The notes: generated by a model not told the origin, from the sequence alone. 64,000 bases of DNA from Flavobacteriales bacterium (GCA_947496375.1 CANMCY010000002.1:53082-117081), one strand, 5' to 3'. Shown: positions 29,806 to 40,929, numbered from the stretch's first letter. Numbers and translations: made by a program.

Positions 29806-30612
29806 ATGTACGAATTTCACGGCGATAAGAACCGCTACTTTGAACTCACCCGAAAAGTTACCGAAAACCACATCATCCCATTTCTGAAGGAAACCGGGGC
29901 GTGGAAAGAGGATATGCGGGTACTGGAGATTGGGTGCGGTGAAGCCGGCGTACTCAAGGCCTTCTCCGACTTGGGATGCCAAACGTTTGGCATAGAGCTG
30001 GAAGAATCACGTCTGGGGTTTGCGAGACAATTTATGCAAGCCGAACTTGAAGCCGGCAAGGTGGCTTTTTTGAACAAAGACATATACGATGTGGATGTGC
30101 AGGCAGATATCGGACAAACCTTTGATCTTGTGATACTGAAAGATGTGATTGAACACATTCCCAACCAGGAAATGTTCATGCCCCAGCTGCATAAGTTTTT
30201 ATCACCCGGCGGATCTGTATTTTTTGCATTTCCACCCTGGTGCATGCCTTATGGCGGTCATCAGCAGGTATTACCCGGGAAAATGGCTTCCAAAATGCCC
30301 TGGTATCATCTGTTACCGGGTCCTGTTTATCCGCTGGCGCTGAAACTGTTTGGGGTGAATGCTTCCGGCATCAGAACCATGAAGGAAATTCGGGATACAG
30401 GCATTTCCATCAACCGATTCTTACGCATCTGCAAAAAGGCCTGTTTTAAAGAGCAGGCAAGGCGTTTTTACTTGTTTAATCCGGTGTATGAATACAAGTT
30501 TGGCATCAAACCCCGCAGGCAAAATGCCATCATCGCCAACATACCATGGCTGCGCGATTTTGTGACCATGGGGGTGTATTTTGTGGTGGTACCTGAAAGT
30601 AACACGCACTAA
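29806..30612 (+). CDS. class I SAM-dependent methyltransferase
   Basis: Motif I VLEIGCGEAG and an acidic post-I residue. 268 aa. Confidence 0.7.
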   Translation: MYEFHGDKNRYFELTRKVTENHIIPFLKETGAWKEDMRVLEIGCGEAGVLKAFSDLGCQTFGIELEESRLGFARQFMQAELEAGKVAFLNKDIYDVDVQADIGQTFDLVILKDVIEHIPNQEMFMPQLHKFLSPGGSVFFAFPPWCMPYGGHQQVLPGKMASKMPWYHLLPGPVYPLALKLFGVNASGIRTMKEIRDTGISINRFLRICKKACFKEQARRFYLFNPVYEYKFGIKPRRQNAIIANIPWLRDFVTMGVYFVVVPESNTH

Positions 30613-30661
30613 TCAGCTTGAAATTTCGTTAATTAACACAGCAACAATGATTGCAAAGTAT

Positions 30662-30669
30662 TATATTTG
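30662..30669 (+). promoter_or_regulatory. -7 box TATATTTG upstream of first DUF6089 gene
   Basis: Matches TAnnTTTG; the ATG at 30686 lies 17 nt downstream. Confidence 0.4.
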
Positions 30670-30685
30670 CCTTTTAACAGCGGTC

Positions 30686-31600
30686 ATGAGAACAGCCAAA
30701 ATCTTTCTTTTTTGCACTCTTTCCCTTTTGATGGTGCCTTTGCAGGCCCAGAAAAAACTGTTTAAGGGCAAGCCCATAGAATTCGGTGGCACCATTGGTG
30801 TATCAAACTACATGGGTGATTTGGCCAAAGCAGTAGCAGTGCAGGAATTCAATCCCATGGGTGGGTTAATTTGCCGTTTCAACTTATCTGACTGGGTTAC
30901 CCTGCGCGGCAATGCGCTATTCGGTCAAATTAGTGGTGATGACAAAAACTTCGCCGATAACGATGCGTTTCGCAAACAGCGCAACCTCAATTTCAAGAGC
31001 AATATTGTGGAGTTTGGCGGTACAGTAGAATGGAATTTTAAAGGATTTGGAGAAACACAGAATGCCAATCCCCGCTCCCCTTTTCTCTTTGCCGGTGTCG
31101 CTGTGTTTAAGTTCAACCCCAAAACCCAGTTTAAATACATGCCCACCGACCCCAACGGGGTTGCATTGCATGGTACCGATCTTCAGAAATACGACAATCA
31201 GTGGATAGAATTACAGCCCCTCGGAACTGAAGGTCAGGAAACTACCAAATACAATGATCGACGCCGCTATGCGCTCACACAGATAAGCATTCCGATAGGT
31301 ATGGGCTATAAACAGCAATTCAATGGCGTGTGGGCTTGGGGTGTGGAACTTGGTGTACGCAAAACGTTTACCGATTACCTGGATGATATAAGTCTGGATT
31401 ATGTAGACAATCAAATCGTGGGTGGAAACAGCGGTTCTTTGGCTGCTGCACTGAAGGACAGAGGTCCGGAACTGGGTTATCAAAATTTTGACAATGGCTT
31501 AGGTCGTGGAAATTCGGCCAATAAAGACTGGTATATGTTTCTAAACTTTACCATTACAAGAAAAATCGTTGGTGGTAAAACCATTTGTTTCCAGTTTTAA
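30686..31600 (+). CDS. DUF6089-like outer-membrane beta-barrel family protein (paralog 1)
   Basis: Signal peptide MRTAKIFLFCTLSLLMVPLQAQ. GxxxGVSNYMGDL and RKTFTDYLDD motifs are shared with the next gene. Synteny with uppS-bamA is conserved in Bacteroidota. Confidence 0.55.
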   Translation: MRTAKIFLFCTLSLLMVPLQAQKKLFKGKPIEFGGTIGVSNYMGDLAKAVAVQEFNPMGGLICRFNLSDWVTLRGNALFGQISGDDKNFADNDAFRKQRNLNFKSNIVEFGGTVEWNFKGFGETQNANPRSPFLFAGVAVFKFNPKTQFKYMPTDPNGVALHGTDLQKYDNQWIELQPLGTEGQETTKYNDRRRYALTQISIPIGMGYKQQFNGVWAWGVELGVRKTFTDYLDDISLDYVDNQIVGGNSGSLAAALKDRGPELGYQNFDNGLGRGNSANKDWYMFLNFTITRKIVGGKTICFQF

Positions 31601-32417
31601 CGCTGGAAGAAAAAAAATTGCATTGATTGTCGCAACCTGTTTTGCGATGGGACCCCTTATTTGTCAGAAATATTTTAGCGGTAGATTTGAAATGGGCCTG
31701 GGTGCGGGTGTTTCCAATTATCACGGAGATTTAGAGCACGGTACCTTCTACAAGCATTTTCATCCCTCCGGCATGTTATTCAGTCGGTATAACCTGAGCA
31801 GCTATTTTTCGTGGAGAAATCAGCTGGCTTACCTGAAAGTAAGTGGTTCTGATGCCGGTGTTAAGGCCTATTCCAATCGCAATTTTAACTTTCAGTCTGA
31901 TATCTGGGAAATGAGCAGTACGTTTGAGTTCAATTTTCAGGCCTTCGGCACCAACGTAAATGATGAACGCTGGACCCCCTACTTCTATTCAGGGTTAAGC
32001 TTTTTTGTATTCGACCCCACACGCCTTGACAATGAGGATATCAACCTCAGAAAACTGCGCACGGAAGGGCAGAGCAAACCTTACTCCAGACTGCAGCCGT
32101 CAGTTCCCATTGGGTTTGGCGTTAAAACCATGCTTAATCCCACCCGAAATCGCGGTGTTTGGGTGCTTGGGGTTGAGGGGTGCTGGCGCAAAACCTTTAC
32201 TGATTACCTCGACGATGTGGGCGGTCTTTACCCGGATTATAAAACCATGGTAGACAAGCAGGGACTTGCCTCTGCGCAATACAGCCATGCCCAGACACTA
32301 AACGGCCAGCCTTTCACACCCGCAGGAACCATGCGCGGTGATGAACATTTAAGGGATTGGTTTTATTTCATCGGATTTACGGCATCTTACCGATTTACAC
32401 CCTTAATTTGCAGATAA
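31569..32417 (+). CDS. DUF6089-like outer-membrane beta-barrel family protein (paralog 2)
   Basis: Paralogous to the previous gene (GAGVSNYHGDL, RKTFTDYLDD). No in-frame ATG lies upstream of the signal peptide, so the start is apparently the TTG at 31569. Confidence 0.5.
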   Translation: MVVKPFVSSFNAGRKKIALIVATCFAMGPLICQKYFSGRFEMGLGAGVSNYHGDLEHGTFYKHFHPSGMLFSRYNLSSYFSWRNQLAYLKVSGSDAGVKAYSNRNFNFQSDIWEMSSTFEFNFQAFGTNVNDERWTPYFYSGLSFFVFDPTRLDNEDINLRKLRTEGQSKPYSRLQPSVPIGFGVKTMLNPTRNRGVWVLGVEGCWRKTFTDYLDDVGGLYPDYKTMVDKQGLASAQYSHAQTLNGQPFTPAGTMRGDEHLRDWFYFIGFTASYRFTPLICR

Positions 32418-32424
32418 TAAACCT

Positions 32425-33183
32425 GTGGCACAGAAAGAACTATTATCCCACATTGATACCCAACGGATCCCGAAACATGTAGCCATTATCATGGATGGCA
32501 ACGGACGTTGGGCTAAAAAGCAGGGCTTTCTGAGAATTTTTGGCCACCGACAGGGCGTAGATACTGTGAGGAATGTGGTAGAAACGGCGGCAGAACTGGG
32601 GGTTAAGTACCTCACATTGTATGCTTTTTCTACCGAAAACTGGAATCGCCCCAGAACTGAAGTCAATGCGCTGATGCAACTGCTGGTAGACAGCATCAAA
32701 AAAGAAACCCCTCGCCTGATGCAAAATGGCATCCGAATGGAAACCATCGGAAACATGGAGCAACTGCCGGCCGGGTGTAACCAAACCCTTAGAGAAACCG
32801 TTGAAGCTACAAAAGACAATGATCGCATGACCCTGATACTGGCATTGAGCTACAGCGGCAGATGGGATATTATAGAAGCCGTGCGCAAGATTGCCGCCCG
32901 TGTGCAAAGCGGAAATCTGGAACCGGAGAACATTGGAGAAGAAGATTTGAACGCAGCGCTGAATACCGCGAAATACCCCAATCCCGATTTATTAATCAGA
33001 ACCAGCGGGGAACAGCGAATCAGCAATTTTCTGTTGTGGGAAATTGCCTACAGCGAAATTCATTTTACCCAGGTACTGTGGCCGGATTTTTCAACCGAAG
33101 ATTTTTATAAAGCCATCATTGACTACCAAAGCAGGGAACGCCGCTTTGGAAAAACAGGAGAACAAATACGGCAGGTGATATGA
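32425..33183 (+). CDS. uppS: isoprenyl transferase (undecaprenyl-diphosphate synthase)
   Basis: Motifs HVAIIMDGNGRWA, LTLYAFSTENWNRP and RTSGEQRISNFLLWE identify a cis-prenyltransferase. Confidence 0.92.
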   Translation: MAQKELLSHIDTQRIPKHVAIIMDGNGRWAKKQGFLRIFGHRQGVDTVRNVVETAAELGVKYLTLYAFSTENWNRPRTEVNALMQLLVDSIKKETPRLMQNGIRMETIGNMEQLPAGCNQTLRETVEATKDNDRMTLILALSYSGRWDIIEAVRKIAARVQSGNLEPENIGEEDLNAALNTAKYPNPDLLIRTSGEQRISNFLLWEIAYSEIHFTQVLWPDFSTEDFYKAIIDYQSRERRFGKTGEQIRQVI

Positions 33184-35750
33184 GAGCGGCATTGCTATTG
33201 ATAGGGCTTATGGTGGCTGGGAACACGGGTGCACAAACCACCGATACCTCCCGTTTTTTTAAGTGGTATGACTATAATTTCACAGAGCCCGAAGAATTTG
33301 TCATCAAAAATATTCTGGTGGAAGAGTCCGATAACAAACCCATCCAAAAATCGCTGGTGGTGGTGTATTCAGGCCTAAGCATCGGACAAAAAATTAAAAT
33401 TCCAGGTAATGACATACCCAATGCCATTGATAATCTATGGAAACTAAGCTACTACAGTGATATTCAGGTTTACATGCGCGTTACTGAAACCGGTGGTGTA
33501 AAAAACCTTACCCTGAATTTTGTAGTCAAAGAACAACTTCGTATCAATGGACATCGTTTCCCGGGGTTGAGCAACTCTCAGGCCAAAAACCTCAAGGAGG
33601 AAGCCGGATTGAAGCGGGGAATGTACATAACCCCAAACCTGATCAATAAAACCCGGTCCAAAATAGTTCAATATTACCGCGACAAGGGCTATTACAATGT
33701 TTCAGTGAAGTTTAATCGCCTGCCTGCTGCAGACGAAAAATCCGGCAAACCCATGCCCGGCTTTGAAAATTTCGATATTTTGGTTGACAAAGGTCCGAAA
33801 GTAAAGGTGTATGATTTTGCGTTTCATGGCAATGAAAAATTAACCGATAAGCAACTTCGACACGCCATCAAAAAACTCAAGCGCAGGTACCATAAGGTAA
33901 ACATCTTTGCCTCTTCCAAATACATTGAGAGTAAGTTTGAAGAAGAAAAAGACAACATCATCACCGGATATTTGTCCAAAGGATTCCGCGATGCGCGAAT
34001 ACTCAAAGACAGCATAGCGCTGGTCAACCCCAAAAGAGTAGTCGTTCATATTGATTTGTTTGAGGGCAGCAAATACCATTTCAGAAATATCGTTTGGAAA
34101 GGCAATACCAAATACAGAAGCGGTTTCCTTGATACCGTACTGGGTATCAAAAAAGGGAATGTATTTAATCAGACCCAGCTGGATGAACGGCTTGGAACCG
34201 TCAATACTACGGGTGTATTAGACATACAGAGTCTTTACATGGATGACGGCTACCTGTTTTTCCAGCTTACCCCTGTGGAGACAGGTGTTTTCAACGATTC
34301 CATAGACCTTGAAATTCGCATCAATGAAGGCACTCAGGCCAAGGTAGGCCGCATCTCATGGGCCGGTAACACCAAAACCACCGACAAGGTAATTTTGCGG
34401 GAAATACGCACCAAACCGGGCGATATTTTCTCCAGAGCTGAAATCCAGCGAACTATGCGCGACCTGGCGGCCATCGGATTATTCGACCCCCAGCAACTCA
34501 ACGTGAACCCCAAACCTAACCCCGCTGACGGAACGGTCGATATTGACTATAAGCTGGTAGAAAAACCCTCCGACCAGATTGAATTATCCGGTGGCTGGGG
34601 GGGCAATGCCTTCACCCGCAGAGCCACACTTATAGGCACCGCCGGTGTAACATTAAATAACTTCAGTACCCGACAGCTGCTACACCCCAAAAACTGGAAT
34701 CCCGTGCCCACCGGAGACGGCCAGAAATTATCCATTCGCGCCCAAAGCAATGGCTCCAACTACCAAGGGTATAATTTCAGTTTCACAGAACCCTGGTTTG
34801 GCGGTCGCAAGCCCAATTCTTTCTCGGTGAGCCTGTTCCGCACCATCAATGCTTTTGACTTTAGGCAAAGAACCGATCCCAATAGGAAGTATTTTATGAA
34901 TACCGGCATGAGTGTGATGCTGGGCAAACGCCTGAAATGGCCTGATGACTTCTTTAATCTGCAGTATATTTTCAGCTTTCAGCAATACAAAATGCAAAAC
35001 CTTACCGGCGGTTTTTACGGATTTCCGGGGGGATTCAATGGTACTAGCTACAACCCTTCACTGCAGGTTATCCTAACCAGAAGCTCCGTTTCAGATCCTA
35101 TTTTCCCCACCAATGGCAGTACACTTACCCTCAGCGCACAGGGAACCCCACCTTTTTCGCTCATGCGCAAAACAGAAGTATCTCAGTTAACCCTGCAGGA
35201 AAAATACAAATGGGCTGAATTTTACAAGTGGAAAGTAGACATGGAGTGGTTTACGCCCATCAGCAAAAAACTGGTGCTGATGAACAAAGCCCGATTTGGA
35301 TTCCTGGGCTATTACAACAAACAAATGGGAACCACATTCTTCGAGCGATTCCAGGTAGGAGGTGCCGGTATCTTTGGTTTCAACATTGCAGCCGCTGAAA
35401 TTATTTCGCAGCGTGGCTATGATAACTACTCGGTTTCCGCTACCGCCACGGGCAGTGAAGCCGGTGCCCCCATTTTCAATAAGTTCACCACAGAATTGCG
35501 TTATGCCATCACCACCGGTCAAACGGCTACCGTATACACCCTCGCCTTTCTGGAGGCCGGTGACGCATGGAACAATGTGCGCTCCTATAATCCCTTTCAG
35601 TTGAAACGTGCTGCCGGGGTAGGGGTACGCTTGTTTATGCCCATGTTTGGACTTATAGGACTGGATTTTGCCTATGGATTTGATTACCGGCAGGTGCCCA
35701 GAAGCGGAAAACCGGGACAGGTCCACTTCTTTATCGGTCAGCAGTTTTAG
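33180..35750 (+). CDS. bamA: outer membrane protein assembly factor BamA
   Basis: 856 aa with a signal peptide, multiple POTRA-like repeats and a C-terminal Omp85 beta-barrel. It follows uppS, which is the conserved arrangement. Confidence 0.9.
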   Translation: MRAALLLIGLMVAGNTGAQTTDTSRFFKWYDYNFTEPEEFVIKNILVEESDNKPIQKSLVVVYSGLSIGQKIKIPGNDIPNAIDNLWKLSYYSDIQVYMRVTETGGVKNLTLNFVVKEQLRINGHRFPGLSNSQAKNLKEEAGLKRGMYITPNLINKTRSKIVQYYRDKGYYNVSVKFNRLPAADEKSGKPMPGFENFDILVDKGPKVKVYDFAFHGNEKLTDKQLRHAIKKLKRRYHKVNIFASSKYIESKFEEEKDNIITGYLSKGFRDARILKDSIALVNPKRVVVHIDLFEGSKYHFRNIVWKGNTKYRSGFLDTVLGIKKGNVFNQTQLDERLGTVNTTGVLDIQSLYMDDGYLFFQLTPVETGVFNDSIDLEIRINEGTQAKVGRISWAGNTKTTDKVILREIRTKPGDIFSRAEIQRTMRDLAAIGLFDPQQLNVNPKPNPADGTVDIDYKLVEKPSDQIELSGGWGGNAFTRRATLIGTAGVTLNNFSTRQLLHPKNWNPVPTGDGQKLSIRAQSNGSNYQGYNFSFTEPWFGGRKPNSFSVSLFRTINAFDFRQRTDPNRKYFMNTGMSVMLGKRLKWPDDFFNLQYIFSFQQYKMQNLTGGFYGFPGGFNGTSYNPSLQVILTRSSVSDPIFPTNGSTLTLSAQGTPPFSLMRKTEVSQLTLQEKYKWAEFYKWKVDMEWFTPISKKLVLMNKARFGFLGYYNKQMGTTFFERFQVGGAGIFGFNIAAAEIISQRGYDNYSVSATATGSEAGAPIFNKFTTELRYAITTGQTATVYTLAFLEAGDAWNNVRSYNPFQLKRAAGVGVRLFMPMFGLIGLDFAYGFDYRQVPRSGKPGQVHFFIGQQF

Positions 35751-35891
35751 GTCTGCGGTTTATTCTTGTAATAGTTTATTGGTTTTTCAATTACCCAAAC
35801 CCGTTACTCATCTATCGGCATTGACTGCATCGTGGTTTTTCAAGGCAATTGCCAACAAATAAATATACGGAAAAAAACTGACAATTCCTAA

Positions 35892-37427
35892 TTAAATGTC
35901 AAATTTGATGCCCTGAGCCAGCGGCATTTTGCCGCTATAATTAACGGTATTGGTTTGTCTGCGCATGTAGTTTTTCCAGGCATCGCTTCCGCTTTCGCGG
36001 CCACCGCCGGTTTCTTTTTCACCACCAAAAGCACCCCCGATTTCTGCTCCGCTGGTTCCAATGTTGACATTGGCAATGCCACAATCGCTTCCGGCTGCCG
36101 ACAGAAAGGTTTCCGCTTCTGAAAGACTTTCGGTGAAGATGGCACTGCTTAATCCCTGCCTCACATCATTTTGCATGGTGATGGCCTGCTCAAGCGTGTT
36201 GTATGACATCACATACAAAATGGGCGCAAACGTTTCTTCCTGAACGATGTGATAATGGTTTTGGGCCTCGGCCAGGGTGGGCTGCACATAGCAACCGCTT
36301 TCATGCCCCTCCCCATTCAATACTTTTCCGCCAAACAGTATTTTGCCTCCCTCTGAATGCAGTTGTGTGAGTGCATGGCTATAGGCATTTACGGCTGCTG
36401 CATCAATCAGGGGTCCCATCAGATTGGTTTCGAGGAGCGGGTTTCCGATGGTGACCTGCGCATACGCCTTTTTCAGTTTGTCAACGAAGCTGTTATAAAT
36501 AGATTGGTGTATAATGACACGACGGGTGGTGGTGCAGCGCTGTCCTGCAGTTCCGACAGCACCAAACAATACCGCACGCAATGCCAGATCCTGGTTGGCT
36601 TTGTCGCTCACAATGATGGCATTGTTGCCTCCCAGTTCCAGCAAGGTTTTACCCAGTCGGGAACCCACCACCTCTGCAACGCGTTTGCCCATTCGGGTGC
36701 TTCCTGTGGCACTAACCAGTGCAATGCGCCTGTCGGATGCCATTCTTTCACCCATCTCCCTGTCTCCCTGCACGATACTAAAAACGCCTTCCGGCAACTG
36801 ATGAGCCATCAGCACTTTCCTTATAATATGTTGAACCGCCGCTGCAGAAGCCGGTGTTTTTTCACTGGGTTTCCATATACACACATCGCCGCATACGGCT
36901 GCCAGCATCGCGTTCCAGCTCCATACTGCTACCGGAAAATTGAAAGCCGAAATAATGCCCACTACACCCAATGGATGCCATTGTTCAAACATGCGGTGGC
37001 CCGGCCTTTCACTTTGCATGGTTAATCCATACAACTGACGGCTCAGTCCCACGGCAAAATCACAGATATCAATCATTTCCTGCACCTCGCCCAATCCTTC
37101 CTGCAAACTTTTACCCATCTCATAGCTCACCAGGGCACCCAGATTTTTCTTGTTTTCACGAAACGCCTCACCTATTTGCCTTACAATTTCTCCACGGGCA
37201 GGAGCCGGCATGGCACTCCATACTGGAAAAGCCGCTTCGGCGCGCTTCATCACCGCTTCATATTCAGTTTCTCCGGCCAATACCAATGTGGTGATTTTTT
37301 TGCCATCCACAGGACTCATAATATCGCGGGTGGATGTTCCCAGTGCCGTTAACCATTGGGTGCCTGAGGAGGCGCTTTCCAGCTGTGGGCCTATGCCCAG
37401 TGCTTTCAGTACGAGTTTGATGTCCAT
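35892..37427 (-). CDS. aldehyde dehydrogenase family 7 (L-aminoadipate/piperideine-6-carboxylate semialdehyde dehydrogenase-like)
   Basis: GEVQEMIDICDFAVGLSR...SERPGHRMFEQWHPLGVVGIISAFNFPVAVW closely parallels the ALDH7/antiquitin signature region. Catalytic Cys and Glu contexts are present. Confidence 0.8.
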   Translation of the reverse strand: MDIKLVLKALGIGPQLESASSGTQWLTALGTSTRDIMSPVDGKKITTLVLAGETEYEAVMKRAEAAFPVWSAMPAPARGEIVRQIGEAFRENKKNLGALVSYEMGKSLQEGLGEVQEMIDICDFAVGLSRQLYGLTMQSERPGHRMFEQWHPLGVVGIISAFNFPVAVWSWNAMLAAVCGDVCIWKPSEKTPASAAAVQHIIRKVLMAHQLPEGVFSIVQGDREMGERMASDRRIALVSATGSTRMGKRVAEVVGSRLGKTLLELGGNNAIIVSDKANQDLALRAVLFGAVGTAGQRCTTTRRVIIHQSIYNSFVDKLKKAYAQVTIGNPLLETNLMGPLIDAAAVNAYSHALTQLHSEGGKILFGGKVLNGEGHESGCYVQPTLAEAQNHYHIVQEETFAPILYVMSYNTLEQAITMQNDVRQGLSSAIFTESLSEAETFLSAAGSDCGIANVNIGTSGAEIGGAFGGEKETGGGRESGSDAWKNYMRRQTNTVNYSGKMPLAQGIKFDI

Positions 37428-37629
37428 TATAATACAAAGTTAGTGTTTATAGGGTATTCAGCGATGATTTGAAGCAAAAAATAGCCATGACAAAGGGTTT
37501 CAAGCTGACCAAAATCCTGAAATGCGGATAAAATGTGGATTACAATCAGGTGCATAATGACCAAAACACTTGTGGGGATGGGTTAATCATGTCTTATTTA
37601 GCGGCACAACCTTTAAAACAAAATATATC

Positions 37630-37905
37630 ATGAACAAATCAGAACTCATCGACGCCATCGCAGCCGGTTCAAAACTGACCAAGGCTGACTCAGGCAAAGC
37701 TCTTGATGCGGCTATCGACGCCATCAGCAAATCACTGAAAAAAGGTGACAGCGTTACCCTCGTAGGTTTCGGTACCTTCTCAGTAGGCAAGCGTGCTGCC
37801 CGCACCGGCCGTAACCCTCAGACTGGTAAGAGCATCCAGATCAAAGCTAAGAAAGTTGCTAAGTTTAAGGCTGGCGCCACCCTGGCTGCTACCGTAAACA
37901 AGTAA
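37630..37905 (+). CDS. HU family DNA-binding protein
   Basis: 91 aa; [11 protein letters not shown]...[26 protein letters not shown] is the canonical HU/IHF fold sequence. Confidence 0.9.
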   Translation: MNKSELIDAIAAGSKLTKADSGKALDAAIDAISKSLKKGDSVTLVGFGTFSVGKRAARTGRNPQTGKSIQIKAKKVAKFKAGATLAATVNK

Positions 37906-37925
37906 TTCTTACTTGAAGATTTTAA

Positions 37926-37952
37926 AAGCCCGGTTAACCGGGCTTTTTTTAT
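37926..37952. terminator. Rho-independent terminator after HU gene (also 3' of convergent DMT gene)
   Basis: aagcccgg-ttaa-ccgggctt followed by a T7 run. Confidence 0.8.
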
Positions 37953-38884
37953 GCCTTTTCTGTTGGTTTATTGATAATCAGATAGATTCCTGCAAGGGAA
38001 AATAGTAATCCCACAATCATATTCCAGGTGATGGGCTCGTTTTCTACAATCCCCCAAGCCACCGCCACCACCGGAATGATAAAGGTATTGGTGCTGGCCA
38101 CCAGCGCCGAAGTGTGTTTGATAAGGATATTAAACGCAATCATGCTCAATGCACTGCCTACCACACCCAGAACGGCAAGGTAACCCAAGGCCACCCACGC
38201 CTTCTCAGGCGATGCATTCCAGTGATCCAGGATACCCGTAATCATCAGCACCATGAAATACATACTTCCCATGAAGAAAAAGGGATAGGCCGTTTTTACC
38301 ATGGCCGGCAGGTGATGAAGTTTATGTTTGATAAGGTTAATATTATAACCGTACATCATGGCAGCTGCGGTAACCATCAATACTCCCACAGGATTAATGG
38401 ACTGACCTGAATGAAATATAAAACCCGGTGCCAGCAATATAATTGCACCCAGAATACCCAATACCACGCCAATGAGCCCATTGCCGGTGAACCGGTCCTT
38501 GAAAAACACAACGCCCAGTAATAGGGTAAACATGGGGGTAAATGCATTCATAATGCCACTTAACCCACTGGGAATTAGGGTTCCGGCATAACTAAACAAA
38601 AAGGCAGGAATGCCATTGCCAACCAAACCAGACATGAACAGAAAATAGTAATCACCGGATGTCAGTTTTACAGGGTTTCCGGAAATCTCCACTTTGCGAA
38701 AATTTCTTCCCATACTGTATTGAAAAACCCAGGGCAACAATACCAGCCCTGCCAGAAACTGCCGCAGGCCTGCCACCTGAATGGGCTGAAAAACCTCAAG
38801 TCCGCGCTTGATAAGAATAAACGAACTGCCCCAGATACCGCCCAGTAAAACAATAATGATCAGAGGCCACCTGGATTTTTTCAC
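37949..38884 (-). CDS. DMT (EamA) family transporter
   Basis: Ten hydrophobic helices, two EamA-like halves, 311 aa. Confidence 0.7.
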   Translation of the reverse strand: MKKSRWPLIIIVLLGGIWGSSFILIKRGLEVFQPIQVAGLRQFLAGLVLLPWVFQYSMGRNFRKVEISGNPVKLTSGDYYFLFMSGLVGNGIPAFLFSYAGTLIPSGLSGIMNAFTPMFTLLLGVVFFKDRFTGNGLIGVVLGILGAIILLAPGFIFHSGQSINPVGVLMVTAAAMMYGYNINLIKHKLHHLPAMVKTAYPFFFMGSMYFMVLMITGILDHWNASPEKAWVALGYLAVLGVVGSALSMIAFNILIKHTSALVASTNTFIIPVVAVAWGIVENEPITWNMIVGLLFSLAGIYLIINKPTEKA

Positions 38885-38988
38885 GGTGCAAAGGTAAATC
38901 CTGATGCAGGTTGTAGATCTTTGTGTGTTAAAATAAAATCTGACAAATACCTGAGGGTTTTATACCGAAATTTGTTGTCTGTAATACA

Positions 38989-40929
38989 ATGTTGCGTTTT
39001 ATACCGGTATTAATAGCGTTAATCGTCAAGTTTACAACTGCACAGGCACAGGGGGTAGTTCCTGACGCCCTGCTTTGCGCAGAAAAACAAAACCTGGAAA
39101 ATCGACTTCATTTTAGGGTAAATCCCAACATTTACCACGGGTATAACATTCATTACCACAAACTTAATTTTCGCATCAATCCCAAGCGCAACGGGTATCT
39201 TAAAGGTTCGGTATTCAGCTACTTCACCCTAGAGAAAGACGCAGACAGCATTGGCTTTGATATGAAGTTCTTTCTGCAAACCGACAGCGTACTTTACAGG
39301 GGCTCCAAGATTCGTTTTAGCCGCGCCTCTGATGTGCTTTTTGTGCATAAGCCGGGCGGATGGAAGGCCGGAACCTCCGATTCCATCACCATTTTTTATC
39401 AGGGGAACCCCGCGTTGTATGGCGGAACGGGCTACTACGTCTATGATTTTCATGCTACCGGACCCAGTGTGCATACCCTAAGTCAGCCCTACGGCGCCTA
39501 TTACTGGTGGCCCTGCAAGCAGACCCTTTCAGACAAAATTGATTCTTTAGACATGGTGGTGAGTACCCATTCCGATTTTCGGGTTGCCGGAAATGGCCTG
39601 CTGATTTTGGATCAGAAAATGGATGATACCACCCGCATTTTTCACTGGAAACACCGCTATCCCATTGCAACATACCTGGTAGCAACCGCCATTACCAATT
39701 ACGAAGAATTCAACCAGTACGCCACATTTCATAACCGCACCGATTCGCTTTTGGTACAGAATTATGTATTTCCGCAAAGCAAAACAGATTTAATGCGCGA
39801 TGCAGCGCCCATTTTACCCATGTTGCGCCTGTTTGACAGTCTTTTTGGCGAATATCCCTTTGTGAGAGAAAAGTATGGCCACGCCCAGTTTACCTGGGGA
39901 GGCGGCATGGAACACCAAACCATGAGCTTTATGGTAAATTTTAGCTTTGATCTGATGGCACATGAACTTGCCCACATGTGGTTTGGTGACAAAGTGACCT
40001 GCGGAAGCTGGCGCGATTTATGGCTGAATGAGGGATTTGCCACCTACTTAACGGCACTGAGCTACCGATACCTCAAGCCACGAACCGAGTATTTAAGGAT
40101 TATGCGAGAAATCCGCGATGCAGTAACCGGAGTGGATGACGGCAGCATTTTCCCAAAAGACACCACCCAGGTTAATCGCCTTTTCAGCGGGCGCCTTACC
40201 TACAATAAAGCCGCTTTTGTGCTGCACATGCTGAAAGTGAAAGTCGGTGATTCTGCGTTTTATAATGCCTGCCGCAAGTTCCTGACCGGTCCGCGCGCCT
40301 ATGGCTTTGCAACAACCCAAGATTTACAAACGCTGATGGAACAGGAGTCCGGACAAAACCTGGATACTTTTTTCCTGCGATGGTATATGGGGGAAGGGTT
40401 TCCGTACCTAAACATCAACTGGGTGCAAAAAGGTTCTTCCATGCAGGTGACGGTGAAACAAAGACCCTCTCACCCATCTGTGCCGTTTTTTCAAGTTCCC
40501 GTACCCATTTTATTCCAGGGTAATAACCGGGACACCCTCATCACCCTTATGCCCAACAAATTGGAGCAAACCTTTGCTTTATCATTGCCATTTGCTGTAG
40601 ACACGGCCCAATTCGATCCAAACGTAGATGTACTGGCCAAAACATCCCTTGGGGGCATGAATCAGGATAAAACCCTCAAAGACTGGGTGGTCATCAAGGG
40701 CAATCCTGTTACCACGCGATATCTTGAACTGGCAACCCTGAATCTAAAAATTGAGAAAATGGAAATTTTCAATATTAATGGGCAAAAATGCATGGAAACC
40801 GGTGCAGACTTCTTGCATATTCCCGGAAAAAATGCTATATTTGATATTGGTGTATTGTCAGTTGGCACCTATGTGACCAAAATCACGGGAAACAACCAAC
40901 AAACAACCTTAACTTTTGTTAAATTATAA
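38989..40929 (+). CDS. M1 family metallopeptidase with T9SS C-terminal sorting domain
   Basis: HELAHMWFGD (HEXXH) plus WLNEGFATY (the second zinc-ligand Glu motif of M1/aminopeptidase N). Signal peptide present. The C-terminal ~80 aa form a T9SS CTD (...FNINGQKCM...GTYVTKI). Confidence 0.8.
   Translation: MLRFIPVLIALIVKFTTAQAQGVVPDALLCAEKQNLENRLHFRVNPNIYHGYNIHYHKLNFRINPKRNGYLKGSVFSYFTLEKDADSIGFDMKFFLQTDSVLYRGSKIRFSRASDVLFVHKPGGWKAGTSDSITIFYQGNPALYGGTGYYVYDFHATGPSVHTLSQPYGAYYWWPCKQTLSDKIDSLDMVVSTHSDFRVAGNGLLILDQKMDDTTRIFHWKHRYPIATYLVATAITNYEEFNQYATFHNRTDSLLVQNYVFPQSKTDLMRDAAPILPMLRLFDSLFGEYPFVREKYGHAQFTWGGGMEHQTMSFMVNFSFDLMAHELAHMWFGDKVTCGSWRDLWLNEGFATYLTALSYRYLKPRTEYLRIMREIRDAVTGVDDGSIFPKDTTQVNRLFSGRLTYNKAAFVLHMLKVKVGDSAFYNACRKFLTGPRAYGFATTQDLQTLMEQESGQNLDTFFLRWYMGEGFPYLNINWVQKGSSMQVTVKQRPSHPSVPFFQVPVPILFQGNNRDTLITLMPNKLEQTFALSLPFAVDTAQFDPNVDVLAKTSLGGMNQDKTLKDWVVIKGNPVTTRYLELATLNLKIEKMEIFNINGQKCMETGADFLHIPGKNAIFDIGVLSVGTYVTKITGNNQQTTLTFVKL

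Noticed and set aside
35750-35892. Missing skp/ompH genes after bamA as a sign of rearrangement
   Set aside because: Absence of skp immediately downstream varies among Bacteroidota. It is insufficient to call a rearrangement without comparative data.
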